Below, piece by piece: positions 51,426 through 63,605 of a stretch of DNA of 64,000 bases. This DNA is from Octopus sinensis (Eukaryota), in NCBI RefSeq assembly GCF_006345805.1, contig NW_021831835.1, forward strand, positions 1-64,000, read 5' to 3'. Made by a program: the position numbers and the translations under genes. The notes beneath the pieces are model-generated. The model had not been told where the DNA came from, searched no databases, and worked only from the letters and a program-made list of their open reading frames with translations. How positions within the stretch are numbered: the first letter of the stretch is position 1; each line of letters starts with the position of its first letter.

Positions 51426-52096
51426 AACCATTATCTTGAATATCTGCCTGATAAACGAATATTATATAATGCATTCAGAGTAAATTTATGGCATTGTGTT
51501 AATATAGGAATTTTACCGTTGTTGATAATCAAACCCAGTTTGGTAGGCAGATAAGAAAAGGAATTTACAAAACGTGACCATCACTATGTTTTCATGTATT
51601 GTGCACTTAGAACTGCATTAGCAAAAATCGCATCCTTCACTTAAATCAGTGTATTTGAGGTACATTTGGTTGCTATTTGTAGCATATCAAACAACCTTAT
51701 TCATTGCATTAAAGACGAACTTTTATCCCGGCACGTTAAAATTATAATTTCTGTAACACACCTGTAATGATAGTGCCAAATATGAACAAGTATTTTGGTT
51801 TTGTGTAAATGCTTATACATAACCCTTTTATAACCTGATATTGCAAAAAGATTATTTTTTCATTTGTTTCATCATTTGTTCCGTAAAACCTGCTGCAGGA
51901 TATGCATGGTTTCCGCAGCGGCAGGGACTACGTAACACAGCTCCTGCATCACTTTAATTATATCCTATAAGCTCTAGGAGATGGCTCCAATAAGGTTGCC
52001 TTCAACCTGAATTTCAGCTAGGCAAGGTTGCCTATCGCATGCTGTTAAAGAAGCTATCGAACATTGGAATCCGAGTGAAGCTATTAAAGTGAATTG

Positions 52097-52434
52097 AACG
52101 TTTGACCGGAGTCTCGCACGCTTGGAGTCCAACCGATTATATTTTTGTGTATCTTTCAAATGCCTTCACTTTGGCCGCGCTGAGATCGGAAAAACCACCC
52201 AGCAGCTAATAAGTAGCAGCAGTCGATTTTCCGGTTAGAGAACATATTTATTTAATTTAAAATTTAATAAGGGTAGAAATTGATATTAATCAATTAAAAC
52301 CAGTGACCCAGCATATTAAAAAAATCCGAAGATTAAAATATTTTTACATACAAAATTTAAAGTGAAGGCATTTGAAAGATACACAAAAATATAATCGGTT
52401 GGACTGCATGCATGCGAGACTCCGGTCAAATGTT
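52097..52434. repeat. inverted repeat, about 76-bp arms, 186-nt spacer
   Basis: 52097-52172 versus 52359-52434; about 4 mismatches. Confidence 0.9.
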
Positions 52435-54449
52435 TTTGCATCTAGTCCTGCAAATTGTATTTCTATATGACAGACCATGCTGACGAGATTGCAGTTTATC
52501 CTTGCGGATATTAACAATCGAAACTGATCAGTACATGGGTAATCATTTTTATTTCGTATATTTTCATTTGTCTTGCTTATTTTTAATGCTTTGGTTTTGT
52601 GTTGAGTTTTTATTTGAGAACATATTCTTTGTGGAAAATAGCGATTTGACGTCTATATCTAGCATGTTGACCGTCCACTTTTAGTGGTCAGTCCTTTAAA
52701 TTATATATATATATATATGTTTTCTCTATAGCCGTCCATCAAAAATAAACATTCAGTTGTTTCGCGTAGAAACTACACACACTCACTCATAGACACAGTC
52801 AGAAACACACACACACACACACACACATACACACACATACAGAGGGGAGGACAGAGAGAGAGAGAGAGAGAGAGACAAAGAGACATGTATATGCTCTTGT
52901 TAAAACAGATGTATTTTATTATTGCTAAAGATGAATATTCTAAGTGTATTAAACTGTGTACGAATGTACGTACATACGTACGTAGGTATGTATATTTTTA
53001 TGTATATTTATATGTACATAAGTAGAGTGGAGACGCTTAAGGGGTGGGGAGTCTGTAACTGCCTATGTACAAGTTTGCATGAATATTCAAAATTTAAAAT
53101 GTTGAAAGTTACGTTCGTGTATTTTCCGTCTCAATTGTCAAAGAGATCCAGCTTGTTCATGTGTAATTCAATGACGTAGATATTTATAAGTATATTTCAT
53201 TTATTTCTGCTTATTTATATATGCATATGTACATATATACATACATACATACATGCATACATACATTTATATAGGGTGTGTGTGTGTGTGTGTGTGTGTA
53301 CGTTTATGTGCAGGTATGTACATATGTATATAGGTATCATGTTTGTACATCCGTATTTATATGTGTACATTTTGCGTATATATAATCATATATATATATA
53401 TATGCATACACATACATATATATCCATATATACACACACACACACGCACCTCCGCCCCACTCACACACACACGCACACTCAGATACACACACACAACACA
53501 CACACACACACACACACACACCATATATATATATATATATATATCATGAGCGTAGCCAGTTACATGAATTTCGTCAACAGACGCATGACTGTATATTAAG
53601 TACAATCAAACATAAATTCTTGATTTACTGAAAGTTGTCTTCCTCTCGAAAGCCAGTGGAAAAGTGACTGGTGGTATTTGCGACCGAATATGAATCAGGA
53701 GGGACTCTCGTATAATTTCAAAACCGAAAATATTCCGTATTCAATATGAGATAAATGGTAAAGTAGTTTGTATTTTACTTTCCAAATGACGGATGAACAG
53801 CTGTGGATACGATTTTAAACATGAATAGGCATCGCTAGCGCAGCAGTTTTCTACCTTGTATCCAACAGACATGACTGTTAGATGTTATACGAATGTATCA
53901 AGTTCCATCTCATGGCAAAATGTGTAAAAACGCCATATCTGCTCAATGTTTCCTTCCAGCGGGTTCTCAGACGCGTGTCTGGTTCTTTAGGCTTCCTCTA
54001 TGGCAAATACCGTAGAGAAATACCCCAGGTTGATTCAAAGACATACATTTAACTAAAATACAGCCATCACTAGTGACTGGGTTGTGCTAGTGGACCTCCT
54101 GGTCGGAATAAGAAATACATTTTCTCCACGGTAATTGCCAGTGAATTTGTCTTTAGAAGTCAAAATAGGTCAGACATTTTAACTAACCTAAAGTTCGTTT
54201 ATTCCTAGTCACTGCTTAGCGCTGGTGCTCTTACTCTTATTCCGACCAGGCAGTCTACTAATGTAACTCAGTCGATAATGCTGACTGGGTTTTAGTTAAA
54301 AGTAGGCTTTGAATATGCTCAGGGTCATCTCCTTTCAGTATTTTCTATAGAGGGAGAAGGGTAAAGAGCCAGAAATCCACTACAGCGAAGCACTGGTGAG
54401 ATATGTTTTTACAGGTTTACCACAAGAAGGAATTTTTCTTCACGATATA

Positions 54450-54485
<36 letters not shown>

Positions 54486-54690
54486 TGTATGTATGTATGT
54501 ATGTATGTATGTATGTATGTTTGTATGTATGTATGTATGTATGTATGTATGTATGTATGTATATATGCATGAATGTATGTATATTTATATACGTATGTAT
54601 GTATGCATGTATGTATATATACATATATGTATGTGTATGTAAATATATATATATAACAATTTAGGAGTGACCTTAAAATATATATATATA

Positions 54691-54742
<52 letters not shown>

Positions 54743-55086
54743 ATATATAATGGCGGTGCCCCAGCATCGCCACAGCTCATGAGCTGAACTAGATAAAATA
54801 AAATAAAATAAATACATACATGTATTATATATACATATGTATGTATATATGCACAAATACATATATATACATACATAGACATATATATATACATACATAT
54901 ATATGTATACACACACACACGTATGTAATGACTACTCGTACAGATCGGTATCTTAAGTTCGCCACATAAAGACCAAATAAGAGTCAATAATGACAGTAGA
55001 ATCAAAATAATATTTATTGGCAATGGTGACTATTCTCTGAAGTTTCTAGCCGCGAAACTTTGAAGTATACATTGATCTCTGATAAC

Positions 55087-55162
<76 letters not shown>

Positions 55163-55189
55163 TGTCTGTGTATGTGTGTGTGTGTGTCT

Positions 55190-55220
<31 letters not shown>

Positions 55221-56015
55221 AGTATGTGTGTGTAAGTATGTGTGTATATGTAGCTGTATGAATGACAGTATGTGTCTATGTTATTGAGTATGTTTGTTTG
55301 TTTTCAGATTTTTCGATGTTTCTACATCGAACTAATTTCTTTCTATTTTATTTTATGCTTCATTTCAATTTCATTAGGTATCGCCATGATATTTTCGTGT
55401 TCGTGTTCACAAACCTGAACAGGATAATTGTTAAACTTTTACCTCTGCTGGAGACGTTGCTTCGGCAATACGATCTGGGTCTGATATCATGTTAATACGA
55501 ATATTATACTTATGATCGCCCTCATTGCGTGGGAAACATATAGTCTACCTAAAACACCACTGATGTTGAAATTTCCTGTAACTTTGAGCTGTTTCCGAGT
55601 TAATAATACTTCTATCTTCATATGTTCTCGAGTACAAAGAAAAGCTGAAAGATGTTTTAGGATTTAGGTGTTATTGTAACGGTACTTCCTTTCTAGAATA
55701 AATGAGGCAATTTTAAAGTGGTTTTGCAGGATTGGAATCTCATGCTGCTCGACATTCTGTGATATGGTAAATGACAGGATGTCATGTTTAAAATTAGAAC
55801 AAGAAAAAGAATTCCAAATTATGTTATTGTTAAAAACAATCATGCATAATATTTTCTTGTATTTCTAAAAGTGTAATAGAATTGTTATCTACTTAATTAG
55901 ATAGCATTTATGGCTCCATTAAAATATCCAACTCATAGGTCGTAGAATATGTAGAATTATTTACTTCATACATCAGAGATCAGGAAGACCATAGTAACTG
56001 TTGTATTTGACACAC

Positions 56016-56080
<65 letters not shown>

Positions 56081-56103
56081 CTATGTATACACACACTCAC
56101 ATA

Positions 56104-56139
<36 letters not shown>

Positions 56140-56145
<6 letters not shown>

Positions 56146-56350
56146 GATGAATATGGTACTTAAGTTGAGGCACCAGAATTTAGTATGGTATTATCCAGAC
56201 AATTTCAAAATAAGGTGATTAAAATCAAAATAAGCAACAGAGGTAATGCATTACGAGCGTTTCATGCGACTCCATTTAATTGAACAATGCAATCATTTCA
56301 TTACATCAATTTAAAATCTAGAGCAATCTTCAACTGCACAGGACATTGAA
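56140..56350 (+). repeat. dispersed repeat family F (next to (TA)n)
   Basis: ATTCAGATGAATATGGTAC...GGTATTATCC recurs at 56815 and, inverted, at 61885-61955. Confidence 0.7.
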
Positions 56351-56763
56351 TTTAATTAAATTAGAAGGACGCATTAGTATAATTTTACCCAAGGAATCGC
56401 ATATTACCTCATGCGAAAAAGAAAGCTCGTTTTCATCGCGTGAATATACACAAATTACGCATTAAAAAAAAACATTCTCCAAATCACCACTTTGTGCCAC
56501 TTAGTGATTCTCTGACTAGTTGTAGTCAAAAGAACTAATTCGCTCGCTCAAGTTAATATAGGAAAAATGTTATGGTGACAGGAAGGGAGGTGGAGTGCTT
56601 ATATATATATATCTGTCTATCTATCTATACATACATACATACATACATACATACATACATACATACATACAAAAACATACATACATACATACATACATAC
56701 GTAAATACATACATACATACATACCTAAACATACACCACACACACACCACACACAACACACAT

Positions 56764-56797
<34 letters not shown>

Positions 56798-56799
<2 letters not shown>

Positions 56800-57288
56800 T
56801 TCAGCAAAATTTAGATTCAGATGAATATGGTACTTAAGTTAAAGGCACCAGAATTTTGTATGGTATTATCCATATAAGTCAAATAGGGTGATTATAATCA
56901 AAATAAGCAACAAGGATATCCAACGTAGAGTAGTACAGTTCTTTCATGCTACTTCATTTTATTAAACACTGTAAGTCTTACATCAGTCTTAAAATGTCGA
57001 GCAATCTTCAGCCACATATAGAAATTTTTTAATTAAACGGACCATGCACATTCTTATACTTTTCTTATACCTACCTCTCTGTCCATATATCTACCCTCTT
57101 TGTAATGTTGGCAAATGAGATAAGTATAAAAATGTGCATTGTCCGTTTAATTGAAAAATTCTATATGTGGCTGAAGATTGCTCGCCATTTTAAAACTGAT
57201 GTAATACTTACAGTGTTTAATAAAATGAAGTAGCATGAAGCAATTGCTCTACTCTACCTTGGATATCCTTGTTGCTTATTTTGATTAT
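56798..57288. repeat. family F insert with ~167-bp inverted duplication
   Basis: 56894-57060 versus 57123-57288, roughly 92% identical; (TA)n on both sides. Confidence 0.9.
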
Positions 57289-57756
57289 ATGTATATATAT
57301 ATATATACATCAATAATACAGTGATTGTTTCTTATCAGGAACAAAATGTTTAATAGAACTGCTATAGAAGTGCTCAATTAAATGAGACAAAAAATATTCC
57401 CATACCCTCGAATAATGCATACATGACCTGTATATCCTATGATTAAATGTTCGAGATATGAAATGTTACGTGGATGACCTTGTATTTGTTGGTTCTGCAA
57501 CCATAGTTTAATGTATATAAATACATACATACATACATACATACATACATACAAGAGCGCATTACGGAATCTTATCGTAAAACAACATCCCGTACAGCGA
57601 AATCAAATCTCTGAATGACTTTCATATTATATGGCGTAATGCCTTCCGTCGGATTTTTTAAACAGTACCAACGATCAAGCAACACGGAATGCTTTATGTA
57701 GCAAAACAATCTCTAAATATACACTGTGCAAAATGTATGCATAAAGACATTTGGAA

Positions 57757-58324
57757 ATAAGAGCACTTAGAGAGCGCAAACCTCCGCCAAGATAACACCA
57801 ACGTCCTCTCAATGAATTTTAAGATGAGAATATCTTAAATAAACTCGACTGCTCTTACAAACGAGAATACCAATAATGAACACGACCACTCTCAAAAATT
57901 AAGTAAAAAAAAAAACGAGAAAATAATGAAGAATCCTTGTCCGGTACCAAATCAATTCCAATGGTAGTCATGGAATGTAGAAAATTTATTAATAGCAATA
58001 AATAGTTTAACTTTATCTAATACAAGCCAAAGTTAACAAATTCACTATTCAAAATAGCTACCACGAAAAGGGAGATAATTGAGAAAGACTTCAAAGGTAA
58101 CGTAAGATGGTAATCAAGTAAAGTAAATATAAGAAATAACCCAGAATCCTTGTCCGGTACCGGATTGATCCCAAAGTCTAATCAATTCGTGCCAGTCACG
58201 AGGCCGAACATCCTTGAAAGTTTCGTCCGAATCTATCTAGCGGTTCTGGAGGTATCTTGTCCACGGACAAACAAACAAACACAACTGAAAATAAAACCTC
58301 CGCCTTCGCCAAGGAGGAGGAAAT
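57757..58324 (+). mobile_element. non-autonomous Helentron/HINE-like element
   Basis: 5' CCTCCGCCAAG matches the 3' stem-loop CCTCCGCCTT-CGCC-AAGGAGGAGG (58297-58320). Internal direct repeat GAATCCTTGTCCGGTACC and a (CAAA)n stretch before the hairpin. Confidence 0.55.
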
Positions 58325-58394
58325 AAATACGAGAGGCATTGTAGATGTTTTGAGTTGTTTTTTTAGCTGCGGTGGTTATAAATATTCTAGATAA

Positions 58395-58500
58395 CTTATT
58401 TACATTATTTACATTATTTACTTTCGAATGATATTTGTCCTCATCTTGTTTGTTGTTAAGATATTTTTCGATGTTGTTGTTGTCGTTGTTATTATTATTA

Positions 58501-58542
<42 letters not shown>

Positions 58543-58622
58543 GTGTTCAGGTCACTGCTTGGAATCGAACTCGGAATCTTTGGGTTAGTAGCCCGCGCTC
58601 TTAACCACCACGCCATATGCCC
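58395..58622 (-). mobile_element. family E copy: tRNA-like head + (AAT)n + body, hammerhead deleted
   Basis: Minus strand GGGCATATGGCGTGGTGGTTAAGAGC...GAGTTCGATTCC (A and B boxes), then AACATCGAAAAATA..AACAACAAACAAGATGAGGAC, matching 58625-58883. Confidence 0.8.
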
Positions 58623-58624
58623 GT

Positions 58625-58883
58625 GGGCATTTTGGCATAATAATGATAATAATAATTATTATAATAATAATAATAATAACAACAACAACAACATCGAAAA
58701 ATACCTTAGGAATGAGAACCCAGGTTCGAAATTTTCCCAAGACACTTGAAGAAGGCTGGAGGATATATCAGCCGAAACGTTGTGTCAACAACAAACAAGA
58801 TGAGGGCAAATATCCGTCGAATGTAAATAATGTAAATAATGTAAATAATATACAAAATTCCCCATCTCTTAAATATAGAAGTG
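58625..58883 (+). mobile_element. family E copy: head mostly deleted, hammerhead retained
   Basis: GGGCAT start, (AAT)n, body with hammerhead motif and (GTAAATAAT)n tail; homologous to 62515-62690. Confidence 0.8.
58741..58786 (+). ncRNA. type I minimal hammerhead, C3U variant
   Basis: GACAC-TTGAAGA-A-GGCTG/loop/CAGCC-GAAA-CG-TT-GTGTC: 5-bp stem I, 5-bp stem II, ACGT palindromic stem III. Confidence 0.7.
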
Positions 58884-59024
58884 TATTCTAGATTACTGTG
58901 ATTTTAGTATATATTTTTCTATTACTGACTGAAGAAGACTGTTGTAGCAGGACTTCGAACACATTCTACGTAATACAGCGTACCATAACTGGGCAGTTTT
59001 CAGTATGCAGTTGTGAGGCGTCGT

Positions 59025-59155
59025 TGCTCGCTATGCAATTATGTTTTGTTTTAAACGGGACAAAAACGCTACAGAAAATTATGAAATGATCCAGACTACT
59101 TATGGATTAATTTGTATGAGCCGAACTCTCTGCTTTTCGCGGCATAAGAGGCAAG
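59025..59155 (+). pseudogene. short mariner transposase N-terminal remnant
   Basis: RYAIMFCFKRDKNATENYEMIQTTYG..CMSRT resembles the first HTH of mariner transposases. Confidence 0.65.
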
Positions 59156-59210
59156 ACAAAATATATCCACCAGGACTTCTACTGGGTTCCCTTTGGTCAG
59201 ATAGTCAACA

Positions 59211-59242
<32 letters not shown>

Positions 59243-59289
59243 TATAATATATATATATATTATATATATAATATATATATATATACAAC

Positions 59290-59437
59290 ACAATTTATAA
59301 GTAGGGCAAAAGAAAAAATTTCTAATGCCATATATGCCGAAAATAGACACCACATCAATAACCATGTAGACGTTGTGTCTATTTCGGCATATTTTTGCAT
59401 TAGAAATTTTTTTTCTTTGTCCTTACTTATAAATTGT
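59290..59437. repeat. inverted repeat, about 61-bp arms, 24-nt loop
   Basis: 59290-59350 versus 59375-59437. Confidence 0.88.
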
Positions 59438-59664
59438 TTATAAATTTAACCTTTAAAGGTTTTTTTAATATGCTGGCCATGATAGAATTTTTTTCGAAAA
59501 AATTTTATCCTATATTATATATATATATATATTGAACAATGTCAAGAGTAATCAGCCGAAATTGTGAGGATGATCCGGTTCTTGATGAAGATTAAAGGCT
59601 TCTACGTGTTTTTTGTATCGTCTTCTGGATGTTTTGTGCTCTGGTCCCATTTTGCATTTGATAT

Positions 59665-59711
<47 letters not shown>

Positions 59712-60229
59712 CACACCACAATATACCAGACAGTGTCCGCATTATCCTCAGAAGACAATGTTCTGCTCGAAGCTGCCACGCAGCAGAAATGTACCAGAAA
59801 TTACATCGTTGCAAAGTGAGTTTCTTAATTAAACAGACGATTGGTAAAGAGGACTGAAAATCCAGTACCCTTAATACACTCTCGGTTTCATAGTTATTGT
59901 CTTCGAACTACATGGTAAGTATCTTTGTGCCTGTATTAACATATCACTAGACTTTTATGATCGAGAAGCGAACGCAACAGCGTATTGCATAATTTGTAGT
60001 TCATTGCTATATTGGGAAAAAAATAAACTGCAAAACTTTAAAATATAAACGATCAATGATAATTCACACGATTAAGAGCAGAAAGACATAGAATAGTTAA
60101 ATAGATATGACAGGATGAAGGTGGGATATCAAAATAAACAACTTTTATTTGAAAGAGAAAACGTTCATACGTATACATAGATTTTATATAAATATACATT
60201 TACATATGAGTATGTAATAATACTACATA

Positions 60230-60306
<77 letters not shown>

Positions 60307-60382
60307 TAGATAGATAGATAGATAGATAGATAGTAGATAGTAGATAAGAATAGATAGATTAGATAGATAGTAGATGATAGAT

Positions 60383-60425
<43 letters not shown>

Positions 60426-60596
60426 CAATTTGTTAAAATCTATATTGCAAATTTCCATGTTTATAAATATAGGTATAATTGCAAATAATAATGTATAATA
60501 CACAATCAATATACCAGTTGGAATACAATAAGATTAAATATTATTTCCTGAACAATACCGTAAATTGTTTGAGATTAATTCCATTCGCTTCTTCAT

Positions 60597-60683
<87 letters not shown>

Positions 60684-60891
60684 TACATATATATTTGTAT
60701 ATATATGAATATGCATATATATGTATATATATGCTATGTATATATATATATATTTATAATATACTATGTGTGTGTGTGTGTGTGTATATACATACATAAT
60801 ATGTACATACGCATATATGCATATTGGTGTTTATTTCTCTTACTATATATTCATATATACTATTATCCATATATTATTTATATCTATCAAT

Positions 60892-60950
<59 letters not shown>

Positions 60951-61002
60951 ATATATATATGTATGAATATATATATATAACACACACACACACACACACA
61001 AC

Positions 61003-61038
<36 letters not shown>

Positions 61039-61061
61039 GGGTATGTATATATATATATATA

Positions 61062-61107
<46 letters not shown>

Positions 61108-61854
61108 CTCACCTCAGTAATTATAAGATTGTGTTTCCTCATATAATTGATTTGGCAGAGAAACAATTTTACCCATATCCCCACAGATACACACACACAC
61201 ACACATACATAAGTATGTATGTATGTTTGTGTATTTGCTCTCCACCATTGCTTGACAATCGGTGTTGTCAAGTAATGGTGATGCGCAAACAAATACAAAT
61301 ATACACAAATGTACACACACGTAGGCCCCATCAATATCTAGCAATCTATATATATTTTTTGAACTGATTGCAAAAGTTAATTACTATAATGAACACGTAT
61401 GAGTAATTCAAAATTATATTTAAATTATTTGTATAAATACCCTCCTTTTAAGACGGCGTATACAAACATTAGGATTTGAGTTGAAACTTGCCATAACTAA
61501 CAAGTTAATTAATACGCTTTTAAGTTATGTTTGTTTGAATTAATTGTTAGATAGAAAGATAGATAGATAGATAGATAGGTAATAAAATAGATATTTCGTT
61601 TTGGATTTAGTTTACAAGATTCTTTATGTGAGTTCGTGTGCTGAAGCATATTCTGTTGTGTCTGGGGAGAGTCATTTTCTTTTTGTGCCTTATAAGTTAA
61701 CACACTCACCGGTAAATTTTCCAGTTATTTCTTATTTTATTTTCCTAAAATTTTCGTTGCGTCTTGCAACCTTTTCAATATACCTACATAAAGAATTATA
61801 TATATATATTTATGTGAACGAACTTTGTTGTGTTTTTTTTAATAGAAGCATCGA

Positions 61855-61889
<35 letters not shown>

Positions 61890-61975
61890 GGATAATACCA
61901 TACTAAATTCTGTACGGCTTTAACATATGTACCATATTCATCAGAATCTAAATTTTACTGGACGGACGGACGGAC

Positions 61976-62014
<39 letters not shown>

Positions 62015-62514
62015 ATATGTGTGTCGTTTTGAGCAGACAAGAAGGTAATATTTGGAATGCAGCATAGCCGTGAAAATAGCAGGAAGATTGGGTGTTATTA
62101 CCGTTATAAGACGGAGGAAAAAAACTGATTGTCAAGAGATACGTACGTAACTCGATCCTCACACCTCTCCGTTTACAGTACCCCACTCTACCATTAGTCT
62201 AAACTACCAACTGACAGCCGGAGATGTCAAATTAAGCGCCAAATACACATGTTGCTGTTGCATTTCAAAAAGTTATGTATTAGGCGCTTAATTTGAGGGT
62301 GATTACTGTTAGTTTAGCTTAACGATAGGGTTCTCAGTCGGTATTGGAGGGGTGCAGGTTCGAATCCCGTGGCTGTGTGCTGATAACTCCAGACCGCCCC
62401 CACCCACATATTATAAGATTTATAATACCCGCCGATCTTTCTGCCGTTTTCACGACTATACTGCGTTCGCAATATTACTTTCTTCAGTTCTATATTTAAG
62501 AGATGAGGAATTAT

Positions 62515-62690
62515 GTACATTTTTTACATTATTTACATTCGACGGGTAATTATTTGCCCTAAGCTTGTTTGTTGTTAACACAACGTTTCAGCTGGTATAC
62601 CCTCCAGCCTTCTTCATGTGTCTTGGGGAAATTTCGAACCTGGGTTCTCATTCCTAAGGTATTTTTCGATATTGCTGTTGTTGTTGTTAT
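62515..62690 (-). mobile_element. family E copy with hammerhead-like motif (62577-62622)
   Basis: Minus strand GACAC-ATGAAGA-A-GGCTGG/AGGGTATA/CCAGCT-GAAA-CG-TT-GTGTT. Confidence 0.78.
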
Positions 62691-62721
62691 TATTATTATT
62701 AATATTATTATTATTATTATT

Positions 62722-63157
62722 GAGTGAGAGAGCAGTTCATGCCATCAAAGTGACACGGGGGTAAAATATACGAAGCCCAATATACCCATCATGACTACCG
62801 TCTGATAAGGGTACACCAGGCACATGATCACAACCATATGTGCGCGACATGGTGATCTCATATCAAGATAAACAGCACATGACCTTGCAGGTGGGGCCCA
62901 GTTAGAATTTTCTCAGGTTGAGTAGCCCATCCCGCTCAAAAGGTCCCTGATAAGGGTTGTGTAAGGATGTTGAAAGAACCACCCATGTTTCCAGAGGTGA
63001 ATTATTCAAACCCCAAAGAATCCCTCTCAACACATGGCTATGATGCTCCCCCACTACTTCTGCTCGTGATCAGAGATGCACATATCGTCAGCCACTAAGG
63101 GACATGCTCAACTAGTTAAGATCAAACAACTGACAAGCAAATCTGTGGTATTGAGCA
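62722..63157 (-). mobile_element. family C, longest copy, inside (TAA)n
   Basis: Same terminus as 13795 and 14687; (TTA)n on both sides. Confidence 0.82.
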
Positions 63158-63186
63158 ATTATTATTATTATATAATATAATTATTA

Positions 63187-63237
<51 letters not shown>

Positions 63238-63392
63238 CATTATTATTATTATTAATATTATTATTATATTATTATGTTCATAGTCAGCTGCACCAAGCTC
63301 ACGACCTTTAGAAGGATTAGGTAAAACTTCCATATTTAGCTCTATTATCATCTCCCAGTGATCTAAGCAATAGCAATATAGGTCTTGCATAT

Positions 63393-63605
63393 GGCAGCGA
63401 GCTGGCAGAAACGCTAGTATGCCGGGCGAAAATACTTAGCAGTATTTCGCCTGTCTTACGTTCCCAGTTCAAATTCCGCCAAGATCGACTTTACCTTTCA
63501 TCCTATCAGGGTCGATGAATTCAGTACCAGTTGCGTACTGGTGTCGATCTAATCGACTGGCTCTCTCCCTTAAAAGTTCGGGCCTTATGCCTAGAGTAGA
63601 AAACA
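63393..63605 (+). mobile_element. SINE family B copy
   Basis: GGCAGCGAGCTGGCAGAAAC head, B-box and core. Confidence 0.8.

Noticed and set aside
53960-54028. Candidate 69-nt exon (RVLRRVSGSLGFLYGKYRREIPQ) after a good acceptor
   Set aside because: Weak donor (GTTGAT), no recognisable homology and no partner exons.
55360-55580. Strong acceptor (TTCATTTCAATTTCATTAG) with a following segment
   Set aside because: Stops occur in all frames before the next plausible donor; cannot be supported without RNA data.
58543-58622. Functional tRNA gene (apparent ACT anticodon loop)
   Set aside because: Acceptor and T stems do not pair properly and it is fused to a repeat body; treated as a SINE head.
59535-59575. 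Hammerhead-like CAGCCGAAATTG; a similar GATGAAGCC...GAAACCGG lies near 21765-21800
   Set aside because: The CUGANGA box and stems are too degenerate to support a call.
59715-59821. Open stretch ending in a strong GTGAGT donor
   Set aside because: No polypyrimidine acceptor (preceded by (TA)n) and no recognisable protein.
61885-61955. Hammerhead in family F (CTGATGA...GAAT on the minus strand; CAGATGA in the other copies)
   Set aside because: No GAAA box, and no consistent stem I, stem III or NUH site.
62305-62385. tRNA gene around GGTTCGAATCCC
   Set aside because: Only the T-arm/B-box is convincing; no full cloverleaf by eye.
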